A DNA stretch of 64,000 nt from an uncultured Clostridia bacterium (GTDB taxonomy: Bacteria > Bacillota > Clostridia > Christensenellales > UBA1242). This document shows positions 46,845 to 55,418 of the stretch, in pieces (within the stretch, counting starts at the first letter, position 1; every line of letters begins with the position of its first letter). The notes below the pieces were generated by a model that did not search any database, was not told the DNA's origin, and was given only the letters and a program-made list of their open reading frames with translations. A program made the translations under genes and the position numbers. Location of the stretch: the NCBI GenBank assembly GCA_944376905.1, contig CALWEA010000006.1, positions 3,563-67,562 on the forward strand, in the 5' to 3' direction.

Positions 46845-49106
46845 TTACCAAATTTCAATTTCTCCATCATTGTTATAGTGCCAGAAGTTGCCTTCTTCCA
46901 AAGGTGTGTTTTCTCTATACCAATATGCAGTTGATTTTATTTCATATCCTGATGAATTAAATAGCCAGCCATTACTCCAATCTTCAGGCTCAGGTAATGA
47001 TGATTGCTCACAGAATATTTTTGCATTATCACTAGAAAATACATAACTACCCATATTTGTTACTGAAATTGGGATAATAATACTCTCTAACTTTACACAA
47101 TTTGAAAAAGCAAAATCTGCTATAGTGGTTAGGTTATTTGAAAGAATTACAGATTCTAATTGTGTGCAATTATTAAATGCACTTTCTCCTATTGACAATA
47201 TACTATTTGGGAGCTCAATTTCTGTAAGCGGACAACTATCAAAGGCTCTATAACCAATGCTTTCACATGTTGAATTGGATTCAAAAACCACTCTATTTAT
47301 TCTTGAATAATCGGAAGCATAAAACATATAAGAAGGTATCCTTGTTACATTTGCACCTATAATTACTGTTAACCCATCTGTAGCTGTGCCTGACCAAGCG
47401 AACAAATAAGAATCCTCCTGATGCGAGAAATCATAGCATGCAAAGGCATTAAACTTTACCTGTAATAGAGCTGAACAATTTGAGAAAGCATAACTTCCAA
47501 TTTTCCATACATTTTCAGGTATGGTTATACTTACCAAACTATTACATCTCGAGAAAGCAGATTTACCTATAAAATTAACACTGCTAGGAATCTCTATATT
47601 TTCTAATTTTTCACATTTGTTAAAAGCAAAATCGCCGATTCTTTTTAAGTTATCGTTACTTTCAAAAGTAATATTAGTCAAATTAGTACACTCTGAAAAG
47701 GCTTTACTGCTAATATAAGCAACGCTAGACGGAATAACACATAAAGTTTTTCCAACAGGACATTGTATCAAAGTGGTCTGGTCTTTATTGAATAGTATGC
47801 CATTTATTGAACTATAGAATTCATTATTTTCGCTAACATTAATTTCCGTAATATTTTTAGACGCAAGTGCCTCTGTTCCGATTGTAACTACACTTGCTGG
47901 GATATCGATTGAAACCATCCCAAGACAACTATAAAAAGCATAATCTCCTATGCGTGTGCATTTAGAATCCCCTATAAAGTTAACTTCTTTTATTGTTGCT
48001 GAGATTTCGGCGGTTTCAAATTGAATACGAACTGAACAAAATAAATAATCTGGAATTACTTGTACATTTTCGCCTATATTAACAGTTATCCCTGAGGTTT
48101 CTCTTCCTGCATCAGTAAATACATTGTTGCCATTAGTTAAATTATTGCAATTCGTTGCATAATAATTTATTGTAGTTAAATTCTTGCAAGCATAGAATGC
48201 ATTATTACTTATGCTTTTTATACTATTTGGTATTGTAAGACTAACCAAATTATAGCACCAACAAATTGCATATTCTCCTATACCATTAATAGTTACACCA
48301 TCAATTTTATCTGGAATGTCTAAAACTTTTAGCCTTTTACCATAACTCGTCACTCCAGTAATTATGCCGGTGTCGGAAACATTATAAATCTTTTCCCATT
48401 TAGCGTAAAGTGTTATGTTGCCATAAAAACCTTTATTAATATACTGAACTCTATCTTTGTAATTATAATCTGAATACCAACCGGCAAAGTCATATCCTGC
48501 TCTAGTAGAATTCTCTAAAATTATAGTCTCCCCTTCTACATTATAACTAGTTGGATTATTTCCATTTATCCCGCCATCTAATCTATATTCTATACTATAA
48601 TCCACTACTGAATATTTAGCATATAAAATTAAGTTGTCATGACTTCCTGTTGTTATTGATGTTATCTCATTCTCAAAATCGCTATCAGTGAACCACCCTT
48701 CAAAGTTGTACCCATCTTTGTATGCATCTTCTAAAATTATACTTTTACTTTCTATGTTATAACTGGTTGGATTATTTCCATTTGTTCCGTCATTTAATTG
48801 ATATATAATTTCATAATTGATAGGTTTCCAAACTACATATAGATCTAAATCATTTGCGATTGTGTAATTATATGAAATGCCACAATTATACTGCTTTCCA
48901 CTGCCATTTATATTAGTGTTCCAACTTGAAATATAATAATAGTCTTTATTGAAGGTTTCTTCGTTTTTTATAGCAATTGTTTTCCCAAATGTAGCAGATT
49001 GTTGAATTGTATCATCTTTGTAATGATAATTTATAGTATAGGTATTAGCAGAATAATTTGCGGTAATGGTTGTAGTATGTGTTATTGGATTAGTAAAGTC
49101 AAATTC
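46845..49106 (-). CDS. Distal part of an interrupted surface protein: Listeria-Bacteroides (Flg_new) repeats plus BspA-type leucine-rich repeats
   Basis: The ORF track starts at GTG 48605, but the same frame stays open with Flg_new-like sequence (GYNFEGWFTD...LILYAKY) up to the TAG at 49107-49109. LRR units have the form IP.S(V).IG..AF..C..L. Confidence 0.75.
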   Translation of the reverse strand, partial: EFDFTNPITHTTTITANYSANTYTINYHYKDDTIQQSATFGKTIAIKNEETFNKDYYYISSWNTNINGSGKQYNCGISYNYTIANDLDLYVVWKPINYEIIYQLNDGTNGNNPTSYNIESKSIILEDAYKDGYNFEGWFTDSDFENEITSITTGSHDNLILYAKYSVVDYSIEYRLDGGINGNNPTSYNVEGETIILENSTRAGYDFAGWYSDYNYKDRVQYINKGFYGNITLYAKWEKIYNVSDTGIITGVTSYGKRLKVLDIPDKIDGVTINGIGEYAICWCYNLVSLTIPNSIKSISNNAFYACKNLTTINYYATNCNNLTNGNNVFTDAGRETSGITVNIGENVQVIPDYLFCSVRIQFETAEISATIKEVNFIGDSKCTRIGDYAFYSCLGMVSIDIPASVVTIGTEALASKNITEINVSENNEFYSSINGILFNKDQTTLIQCPVGKTLCVIPSSVAYISSKAFSECTNLTNITFESNDNLKRIGDFAFNKCEKLENIEIPSSVNFIGKSAFSRCNSLVSITIPENVWKIGSYAFSNCSALLQVKFNAFACYDFSHQEDSYLFAWSGTATDGLTVIIGANVTRIPSYMFYASDYSRINRVVFESNSTCESIGYRAFDSCPLTEIELPNSILSIGESAFNNCTQLESVILSNNLTTIADFAFSNCVKLESIIIPISVTNMGSYVFSSDNAKIFCEQSSLPEPEDWSNGWLFNSSGYEIKSTAYWYRENTPLEEGNFWHYNNDGEIEIW

Positions 49107-49853
49107 CTAATCTACAAAAGTATATCCACTTTTTGTTGGAATAATGCTTGGTCTAATTGCAAAACCATTTTCTTCAATTGTTTGACTTGCAACAACTGTA
49201 CCACCAAGAGTATTAAATTGAACAGTGAACATAGGGCGTCTTCTAACAGTTGCGGAATAAACTCTTTTCTTTCCAGAGTTATTTTCAATCAACACATAAA
49301 AAGTGTTGTCACCAATATTTAATAAAACTGTTTTAGACTTTATTTCTAGAGTGCCAGTTATATCATAATATAAACCCCAAGTGTTGTTGTCTGAAATTTT
49401 AAAAGTATCATTAAAAGAAAAATTTTCAGTTGTATTGCTTACAGAGCAGGATATTGTAGATTTCTCTTGATTTATTTCAAATATACCTGAGCTCTCAATT
49501 TTAGGGGCTCTTGGAATTAAACAATAACACAAAACAGGTATCAAAACAACAAGCACACACAAAAGTGCTATTCCTGAGATTAGCATAACCTTTTTATTAT
49601 TAAGTTTGTTTTTTGTTCTTGATGTTTCTTGTATATTAACTATACTATCAGTGCTTTCTTGTTCATTTACAAGTTTGTCAATTGACACATTAAAAATCTT
49701 TGCCAGCGAATTTAATATTTCAATATCAGGGACACTATTCCCACATTCCCATTTGCTAATAGTTTTATTTGAAACATTCAATTTGTTTGCCAAGTCTTGT
49801 TGAGATAAATCGTTCTTTTTTCTCAACTCGGCGATTTTTCTACCAAGTCTCAT
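49107..49853 (-). CDS. Proximal part of the same gene: XRE-type HTH, TM helix and first extracellular repeats
   Basis: HTH_3 region LSQQDLANKLNVSNKTISKWECG, then TM helix VMLISGIALLCVLVVLIPVLCYCLI. It ends at a TAG in the middle of a Flg_new repeat (SGYTFVD*EFDFTNPIT). Confidence 0.75.
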   Translation of the reverse strand: MRLGRKIAELRKKNDLSQQDLANKLNVSNKTISKWECGNSVPDIEILNSLAKIFNVSIDKLVNEQESTDSIVNIQETSRTKNKLNNKKVMLISGIALLCVLVVLIPVLCYCLIPRAPKIESSGIFEINQEKSTISCSVSNTTENFSFNDTFKISDNNTWGLYYDITGTLEIKSKTVLLNIGDNTFYVLIENNSGKKRVYSATVRRRPMFTVQFNTLGGTVVASQTIEENGFAIRPSIIPTKSGYTFVD

Positions 49854-50045
49854 AGATATCTCCTTTTTATTACATTATAACACAAAACTTAAATATTTGG
49901 GTTGTTTTTGTATCTATGTTTTAGAGATTTTATCTCTTTGTTAGAGATAAATTATTATTTTAACATAATCTAAAGACTAAATGGAAATCAATAAAATATG
50001 TCACATTATTTAATAATATGTAATTTAAAAATACTATTAAATGTT

Positions 50046-51224
50046 CTAATAAGGGAACTTATCACAATATTTTTCAAATTCATTTTTTGTAATAGAGCCA
50101 TTATACATGCCTGCATAGTTCCAAAATTCATATAATTTTTCGTCATACACAAATTCGGTATTTTCATAATAAGCCCAATTGATATAAAACTCTTTTTGAT
50201 TTCCAGAAATTAAAATTATGAGTATAATACAATCCTCATTGTATTTTAATTGTTTTGCATCGGAAAGGATATGACAATATTTATTGATTTCTTTAGGTAC
50301 TCCTAAACCGGTTGAAACAAAAATAATATTTATAGGTTTGCATATAGTATTGTTGATATAAATTTTAGGAATCAGCTTAATACCTTTTGTTGCATCAAAT
50401 TTATCTTTTGTTGCCTGTTTTATAGTATATAAAACATTCTCCACAAATATTTTGGCATATCGAGGCTCTATTAACTGCAGTATTTCTAATATCTTTTTGT
50501 AATTGATATTATGTTTGATTTCCTTTTCTCTAAAATCCTTAATTATTTTCATCATGGTTAATGCATAATTTTGGTTTCCCTCTTTTCCATCATATATCGT
50601 ATTGAATATAGCATATGCAAAATCTTGTTCTGTGTCAATATGAGACATAGTGGTTGTTGTTTCTCCATCACCAATGAACAACATGGGGAAGTGACTAGTT
50701 TCATTTAGATATTCACATCTAGTTTTTAAATAATAGAATATATCATAGGGATGTCCTAAAACTTCCATCATGATTTTAAAATCTTTTAAATTAAAAACAT
50801 TTATAATAAAATCTCCGACATCAATTGTCTTATTGTAGGTGTTTATATCATCATTATCAAAAACTATAACAGGATACATAAGATAATCTTTATGCAATTG
50901 AACTTTTTGATGATATAAATCATTAACAATCAAATCATTGTTTTTTAATGTTTCAATCGTTTTTATAATTTGTGTTTTAGCACTATCCTTATCGCCATAA
51001 ATGATATCATGCAACCATTGTTCGTTCGTTTTTGTACCTTTTTGCGTTTTCGACCTTTCTTTAATTTGTAATACGATATATGTTCCTGCATAATCAAAAA
51101 GCCCATCACATAACTCTTTTTTATTTTTATCTATGTCATAATAATATAGATTCTCATATACATAATCATTACAAAAAAATTTAGCACCCAATTCATTACA
51201 AACGTTTTCAGAGTTAGTTTTCAT
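50046..51224 (-). CDS. Hypothetical protein with N-terminal PD-(D/E)xK-like motif (D...QxK)
   Basis: ELCDGLFDYAGTYIVLQIKERS resembles restriction-fold nuclease cores. The remaining 300 aa or so are unassigned. Last gene of a three-gene cluster. Confidence 0.45.
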   Translation of the reverse strand: MKTNSENVCNELGAKFFCNDYVYENLYYYDIDKNKKELCDGLFDYAGTYIVLQIKERSKTQKGTKTNEQWLHDIIYGDKDSAKTQIIKTIETLKNNDLIVNDLYHQKVQLHKDYLMYPVIVFDNDDINTYNKTIDVGDFIINVFNLKDFKIMMEVLGHPYDIFYYLKTRCEYLNETSHFPMLFIGDGETTTTMSHIDTEQDFAYAIFNTIYDGKEGNQNYALTMMKIIKDFREKEIKHNINYKKILEILQLIEPRYAKIFVENVLYTIKQATKDKFDATKGIKLIPKIYINNTICKPINIIFVSTGLGVPKEINKYCHILSDAKQLKYNEDCIILIILISGNQKEFYINWAYYENTEFVYDEKLYEFWNYAGMYNGSITKNEFEKYCDKFPY

Positions 51225-51237
51225 AACAGAATTCTCC

Positions 51238-51894
51238 TTAATAAAATTTTTTCAATAGTTCTTCAAGCTCGTCAATATTTGAAATTACACCATTAACAGG
51301 CCCTATATATAAGTAATTATTTTTTAAATCATCTGTAGTAACAAATCTAAATTCACTTTCATCACTAAAATTTTTTGCTTTATCAAAGGGTGATTTTTCA
51401 ACTGTAACATCACTATAACTTACAAATCTATATTCATAGTCTTTTAGTGCTTTTTTAACTTGTTCAATGAAGCCTTTACAATCACCTATTAAAACAGCAT
51501 AATTACCATATTCTCTTAAACGATTAAAAATACTTGATAAATTTGGCATGGAATCATTTATGTATGCCATACAATAAATTTTAAAATCAGATATATATTT
51601 AAAATGAAACGTTAAATCATTTGCATTGTTAAAATCAGGATTTTCATTTTTAAACCTTTCCAAATCAACAATAAAAGTTTTCCCACCTTTAGCGCCTCGT
51701 AATATTAATTTTTTACAACCTTCCGGCAACCTCTTATGTATATTTTCAACCAAAATGCCTTCATTTTTGTCTTGCCTTATATCTTCACGTTCCTTAAAAT
51801 ATGTTGCGGGGCGAAAAAGCATTTCTCCCTTATTTAGAAAATTTTGTGCATAGACAATATTGTCAAAAACTTTAATAAAAAATTCAAATCTCAT
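51238..51894 (-). CDS. Hypothetical protein (about 218 aa), DUF2971-like features
   Basis: NKGEMLFRPATYFKE..D...DKNEG near the N-terminus and a late SEFRFV resemble the DUF2971 pattern as I recall it. AAAGGAAGAG SD precedes ATG 51894. Confidence 0.4.
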   Translation of the reverse strand: MRFEFFIKVFDNIVYAQNFLNKGEMLFRPATYFKEREDIRQDKNEGILVENIHKRLPEGCKKLILRGAKGGKTFIVDLERFKNENPDFNNANDLTFHFKYISDFKIYCMAYINDSMPNLSSIFNRLREYGNYAVLIGDCKGFIEQVKKALKDYEYRFVSYSDVTVEKSPFDKAKNFSDESEFRFVTTDDLKNNYLYIGPVNGVISNIDELEELLKKFY

Positions 51895-51914
51895 ATATAC
51901 TCTTCCTTTTATTA

Positions 51915-52853
51915 CTATCTCATCTTTCTCCAACACTTTTCTTTCATAAAAGTTTTGATTGTGTTTATGTCTTTGTTTTCGTAATATTCGACTAAAAGTT
52001 TTTTGAATTCTGGCACTTCTTTTTCTGGAATGACTATCAAGCCTTCACCCTGTGAAATTAAGAAGTGATTTGCAAAGATAACTGAAGCTCTTTTGTTGCC
52101 ATCGTTGAAGATTTGTGTTTTCATTGCATATAAACAAAGGTCTATTGCTTTATCTATGTTTGAGATGTTGCTTGCTATGATTTTATTAATAGCTTCTTTA
52201 ACATCAATTTCATTTGGTATTGGTGGGACATAACTACTTCCGCCAATTGAAACCGGTACACCTCTTATTCTTCCGCCTTGTTCGTAAAAGCCTTCATTTA
52301 CAAGTCCTGCAATATAAGAAAGAATATAATAATCGGTTTTTGCCCCTATAACATCTTTATCCATAATGAATTCCCAAGCATGTTTAAGATTTAGAATTTT
52401 TTGAACATCGCTTGCTCTCATTCCGCTAACTTTGCCATTTTCTATAATAGTTTCTGTTTGTGGATATGTTGTTGCAACACCTTCCAAAATTGCTTGGTCA
52501 TAAATGTTGACTTTCATATTTGCTCTTGCAAAATCCAAATTTAATTGAACTGCTGGCGACAACTCGCTAGATGTGTAGTTAAGTAAAGCAAGTTCCTTTT
52601 CAATTTGTCTAATTGCTTTTTGCAACTCCCGTGCTTCCTTTGAATATCGGAGTAGTGTTTGATAAAGCTCATCAGAAAATTTATCTATATATTGAGAAGT
52701 AAGTTTGCCTAGCTCACGCTTTCTCATATATAGATAATTTCCACTTGTGCGTTCCTTAATTTCTGGCGTTCCTGTATATGGAATTAAATTTAATCTGGTT
52801 TGCAAGTCAGCTTTTTTTCTTAACAATTCTTGAATTTTTTCAAAGTTACTCAT
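51915..52853 (-). CDS. Fic/DOC-fold protein with degenerate active-site motif
   Basis: GGRIRGVPVSIGGSSYVPP and QIFNDGNKRASV align with the Fic core HPFxDGNGRxxR, but the catalytic His is Gln and GNG is GNK. Confidence 0.65.
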   Translation of the reverse strand: MSNFEKIQELLRKKADLQTRLNLIPYTGTPEIKERTSGNYLYMRKRELGKLTSQYIDKFSDELYQTLLRYSKEARELQKAIRQIEKELALLNYTSSELSPAVQLNLDFARANMKVNIYDQAILEGVATTYPQTETIIENGKVSGMRASDVQKILNLKHAWEFIMDKDVIGAKTDYYILSYIAGLVNEGFYEQGGRIRGVPVSIGGSSYVPPIPNEIDVKEAINKIIASNISNIDKAIDLCLYAMKTQIFNDGNKRASVIFANHFLISQGEGLIVIPEKEVPEFKKLLVEYYENKDINTIKTFMKEKCWRKMR

Positions 52854-53012
52854 TTAATGCTCCTTTTGTTTGGGGAATAATTATGTTTGTATTATATACA
52901 TTTATTCCCCAAAAGTCAACTATTTATGCCATCAAGTATAAATTAGTTTTTAAACAATTTACATAGTTCTAGGCAGTTTAAAATCACCAAAAATAATAAA
53001 AACCACCTAAAA

Positions 53013-53145
53013 AGGTGTCAAAGGGTGTCAAATTTTATTTATGGTTGACGCTAGTTTTATTTTTGTATGCTTAAAAGCCTTGAAATATAAGAAAAAATGG
53101 ACATAGGGCTCAACCCACTTTGCATAGGGAAATAGATTGGTAAGG
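53013..53145 (+). promoter_or_regulatory. attR-like end of E2: two GGTGTCAA arm repeats (53013-53031) and decayed core ..AGGGCTCAA..TTGGTAAGG (53103-53145)
   Basis: Same repeat type as 42121-42269. ATAGGGCTCAA also precedes the core at 41967-41988. Repeat-to-core spacing of about 105 nt matches E1. Confidence 0.6.
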
Positions 53146-53184
53146 AAAAACCAAGCACAAAAATTATACCAAAAAACTTAATAT

Positions 53185-53260
53185 GCTGTTGTGGCACAGT
53201 CGGTAGCGCACTGCCTTGGTAAGGCAGAGGTCACGGGTTCAAGTCCCGTCAACAGCTCCA
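53185..53260 (+). tRNA. tRNA-Thr (anticodon GGU), second copy, CCA encoded
   Basis: Acceptor GCTGTTG/CAACAGC and anticodon stem CTGCC/GGCAG, with compensatory differences from copy 1. The D and T arms are identical to copy 1. Confidence 0.9.
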
Positions 53261-53269
53261 CAATTTAAA

Positions 53270-53312
53270 CCATTGAAAAACCCTTATAAATAGGTGCTTT
53301 CAAGGGTTTTTC
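53270..53312 (+). terminator. Terminator hairpin after tRNA-Thr copy 2
   Basis: CCATTGAAA ... TTTCAAGGG plus a T-run. Homologous to 23634-23680. Confidence 0.55.
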
Positions 53313-53357
53313 TTTTTCTAAAAACTTCAAAATTCTTTCCACAAAAAATTAAAAAAT

Positions 53358-53483
53358 GTACCTACAAATGCTCCGTAGGTACATAAAAAAGCAAAAAAAA
53401 TGACCGACCTTTGATTTTTCAAAAGTCGGTCAAAATCTTTCTAAAACTGCCTTTTCAGGTACACGTAGGTACATTTAGGTACA
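53358..53483 (+). promoter_or_regulatory. attL-side arm region of E3: (GT)AGGTACA repeats around a hairpin and a conserved box
   Basis: Inverted pair TGTACCTAC..GTAGGTACA at 53358-53384. Hairpin TGACCGAC...GTCGGTCA at 53401-53431, followed by AAATCTTTCTAAAACT. Direct repeats at 53457, 53465 and 53475 with about 10-bp phasing. Confidence 0.7.
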
Positions 53484-53487
53484 TGAA

Positions 53488-55353
53488 TTAAATTTCAATG
53501 AAATTAAGTATTTCTTCCTTTAATTGTTTATCTTCATTTATTTGTAATAATAATTTGTTCACATAAAATGAAACATTTGCAAAACCAACTATTTTTACAA
53601 CATCAGATATAATCTGCTTTCCTGGTACAATTTTCATAAGTTGGTCATAATCTTTATTTTTTATAGACTCCAACAGATTATTTTCAAAAGATTGATATTC
53701 TTCTAAAAATTTAGTTTTATTGGATTCCGATATAATGTCTAAATCATTTTTTACGTCATCAAGTTTTTTGAATTTATTTTGTAATTGAATTTTTCTCAAT
53801 AGTTTTGTGGCAAAATCTTGTCTTATTCCATCTATCTTACTATTAATCTTAGAAATAATTTTAGCTTTTATTTCATCTATTGATTTGCCATTTGAAAGAA
53901 TATTAGACATAGATATTAAGCAGCATGGTAAAATGAATATATTTTCAACTTCATTAACCCCTAGTACTGTTATGTTTTTTAACTTTAATCTATTAATTTC
54001 TTCTTCATTTTTAAAGTCGTTGTCGACTATGCCTTTTGCTTCTTTTTTGAATGTCAACTTATTACTATTAAGTAATTCTGTGTGTTTTTCAACATTTTCG
54101 CAACCATGTATGGGAACTATTTCAAAATCAGGAAATAAAATTTCATAAAGTTGACAATCTAGGGATGCTCTATCTTCACCTTCACAGAAAATTATATTAT
54201 CGTTAGTTCCTTCAATGTTTAAAATTACTTCAAAAGGCAAATCTTCAAAATCTTCAAATTTCTTAAAGTTCCATTCATTATATTTGTTTGTTTTTTCCAA
54301 ATATATTAATTCAACATTTTGTCTACTTTGGATAAATTGAATGTTATGAGTTGCAAAGATAAATTTTACATCAGTCCTTTCTTTTTCTAACAAATCAAAT
54401 AATTTTCGCATTAAAGCACCATTTAAATGATTTTCTGGTTCATCTATAAAAATGAATGAATTAGCTGGTGATAATAAAACGGCTAACAATATAAAAATTG
54501 AACTCCTTTCACCGTCTGAAGCATGAGATAGCAAATATGGTGTAATGTTTTCTTCACCTAACGATAAATTACCCATTTCATTTAAAAGTAACTTTCTATC
54601 TAAACCCAATTGATTAAACACTGAAATAACTTTATTTTTTAAAGTTTCATCAAAACTTACACCATTACTTAATTGTTTATAATCTTCACTTGCTAGAAGT
54701 TTTCCCAAGAAGAATAATGACTTTCCGTCAGTATGTTCGTTTATGGCATGTTTTAAATTGATATCATTTTGATTAAAATAAGGATTTTCAGCATATCTAA
54801 TATCTCTAGTAGCAGGCAAAACAATTGTATTTGAATTTAAAAATTCTGATGAGATTTTATTTAATAATGTTGTTTTTCCTGCACCATTTTTTCCAAATAA
54901 AATATAATTCTTATCCCCATACTTAAAATGCTCATATAATTCAAATGTTGAATTTCTTGTAACAGAATTATAAAGATAATTAATAAAGTCCCAGACTTGA
55001 CCATACGAATATTCATTGCTAGCAATGATAGTATGATTATTAAATCTCTCTGCGCTATTCTTTATTTGATTTAATCTGTTTATAAAATAATTTTTGTATT
55101 GTTCATTGAATTGTACCCATAACGAATTATTTACATCAACTAAGAAAGTAATTTCATCAAGTTCAACTTTAATGGATTTTAGCATGTTATTAAAATCAAA
55201 TTCTTTTAAATTATTAATCTTTTCTTTATATGTTGCTGAAAAATTATTGATATCTAAACTTTTAATCAATTTTTGAATTTCTATGATTTTATCAACAGCT
55301 TGTTTTAAAGTGTTTGTTAAGTTATTTTCTATTTCATATTGTTTTATATCCAT
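53488..55353 (-). CDS. ABC-type ATPase fused to DUF4435/Toprim-like domain (OLD/PARIS-like defence candidate)
   Basis: Carries FGKNGAGKTTLLNKI, SDGERS and FIFIDEPENHLN, then IIFCEGEDRASLD...IHGCENV...GIVDND...VNEVENIF, which is typical of DUF4435. TGCTATAAT lies just upstream. Start candidates are 55353, 55368 and 55374. Confidence 0.7.
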   Translation of the reverse strand: MDIKQYEIENNLTNTLKQAVDKIIEIQKLIKSLDINNFSATYKEKINNLKEFDFNNMLKSIKVELDEITFLVDVNNSLWVQFNEQYKNYFINRLNQIKNSAERFNNHTIIASNEYSYGQVWDFINYLYNSVTRNSTFELYEHFKYGDKNYILFGKNGAGKTTLLNKISSEFLNSNTIVLPATRDIRYAENPYFNQNDINLKHAINEHTDGKSLFFLGKLLASEDYKQLSNGVSFDETLKNKVISVFNQLGLDRKLLLNEMGNLSLGEENITPYLLSHASDGERSSIFILLAVLLSPANSFIFIDEPENHLNGALMRKLFDLLEKERTDVKFIFATHNIQFIQSRQNVELIYLEKTNKYNEWNFKKFEDFEDLPFEVILNIEGTNDNIIFCEGEDRASLDCQLYEILFPDFEIVPIHGCENVEKHTELLNSNKLTFKKEAKGIVDNDFKNEEEINRLKLKNITVLGVNEVENIFILPCCLISMSNILSNGKSIDEIKAKIISKINSKIDGIRQDFATKLLRKIQLQNKFKKLDDVKNDLDIISESNKTKFLEEYQSFENNLLESIKNKDYDQLMKIVPGKQIISDVVKIVGFANVSFYVNKLLLQINEDKQLKEEILNFIEI

Positions 55354-55418
55354 AAATGTACCTTCCATTTTCACGTATTATAGCACATTAACACGAAAAA
55401 GTTAATACCTTTACAAAA

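Larger units (their letters stand above)
42025..53145. mobile_element. E2: integrative mobilizable element (about 11.1 kb)
   Basis: Bounded by the 3' tRNA fragment and a decayed TTGGTAAGG core (53137-53145). GGTGTCAA arm repeats occur at both ends. Carries int, xis, relaxase and RHH genes plus cargo. Confidence 0.7.

Noticed and set aside
49107-49109. TAG reassigned to a sense codon, or pyrrolysine-type recoding, as the explanation for the in-frame stop
   Set aside because: TAG terminates several well-delimited genes here at positions where paralogs use TAA or TGA: IntE1 at 24696, relaxases at 26693 and 44101, and the helicase at 18454. Genome-wide reassignment is therefore unlikely. A local nonsense mutation or rare readthrough remains possible.
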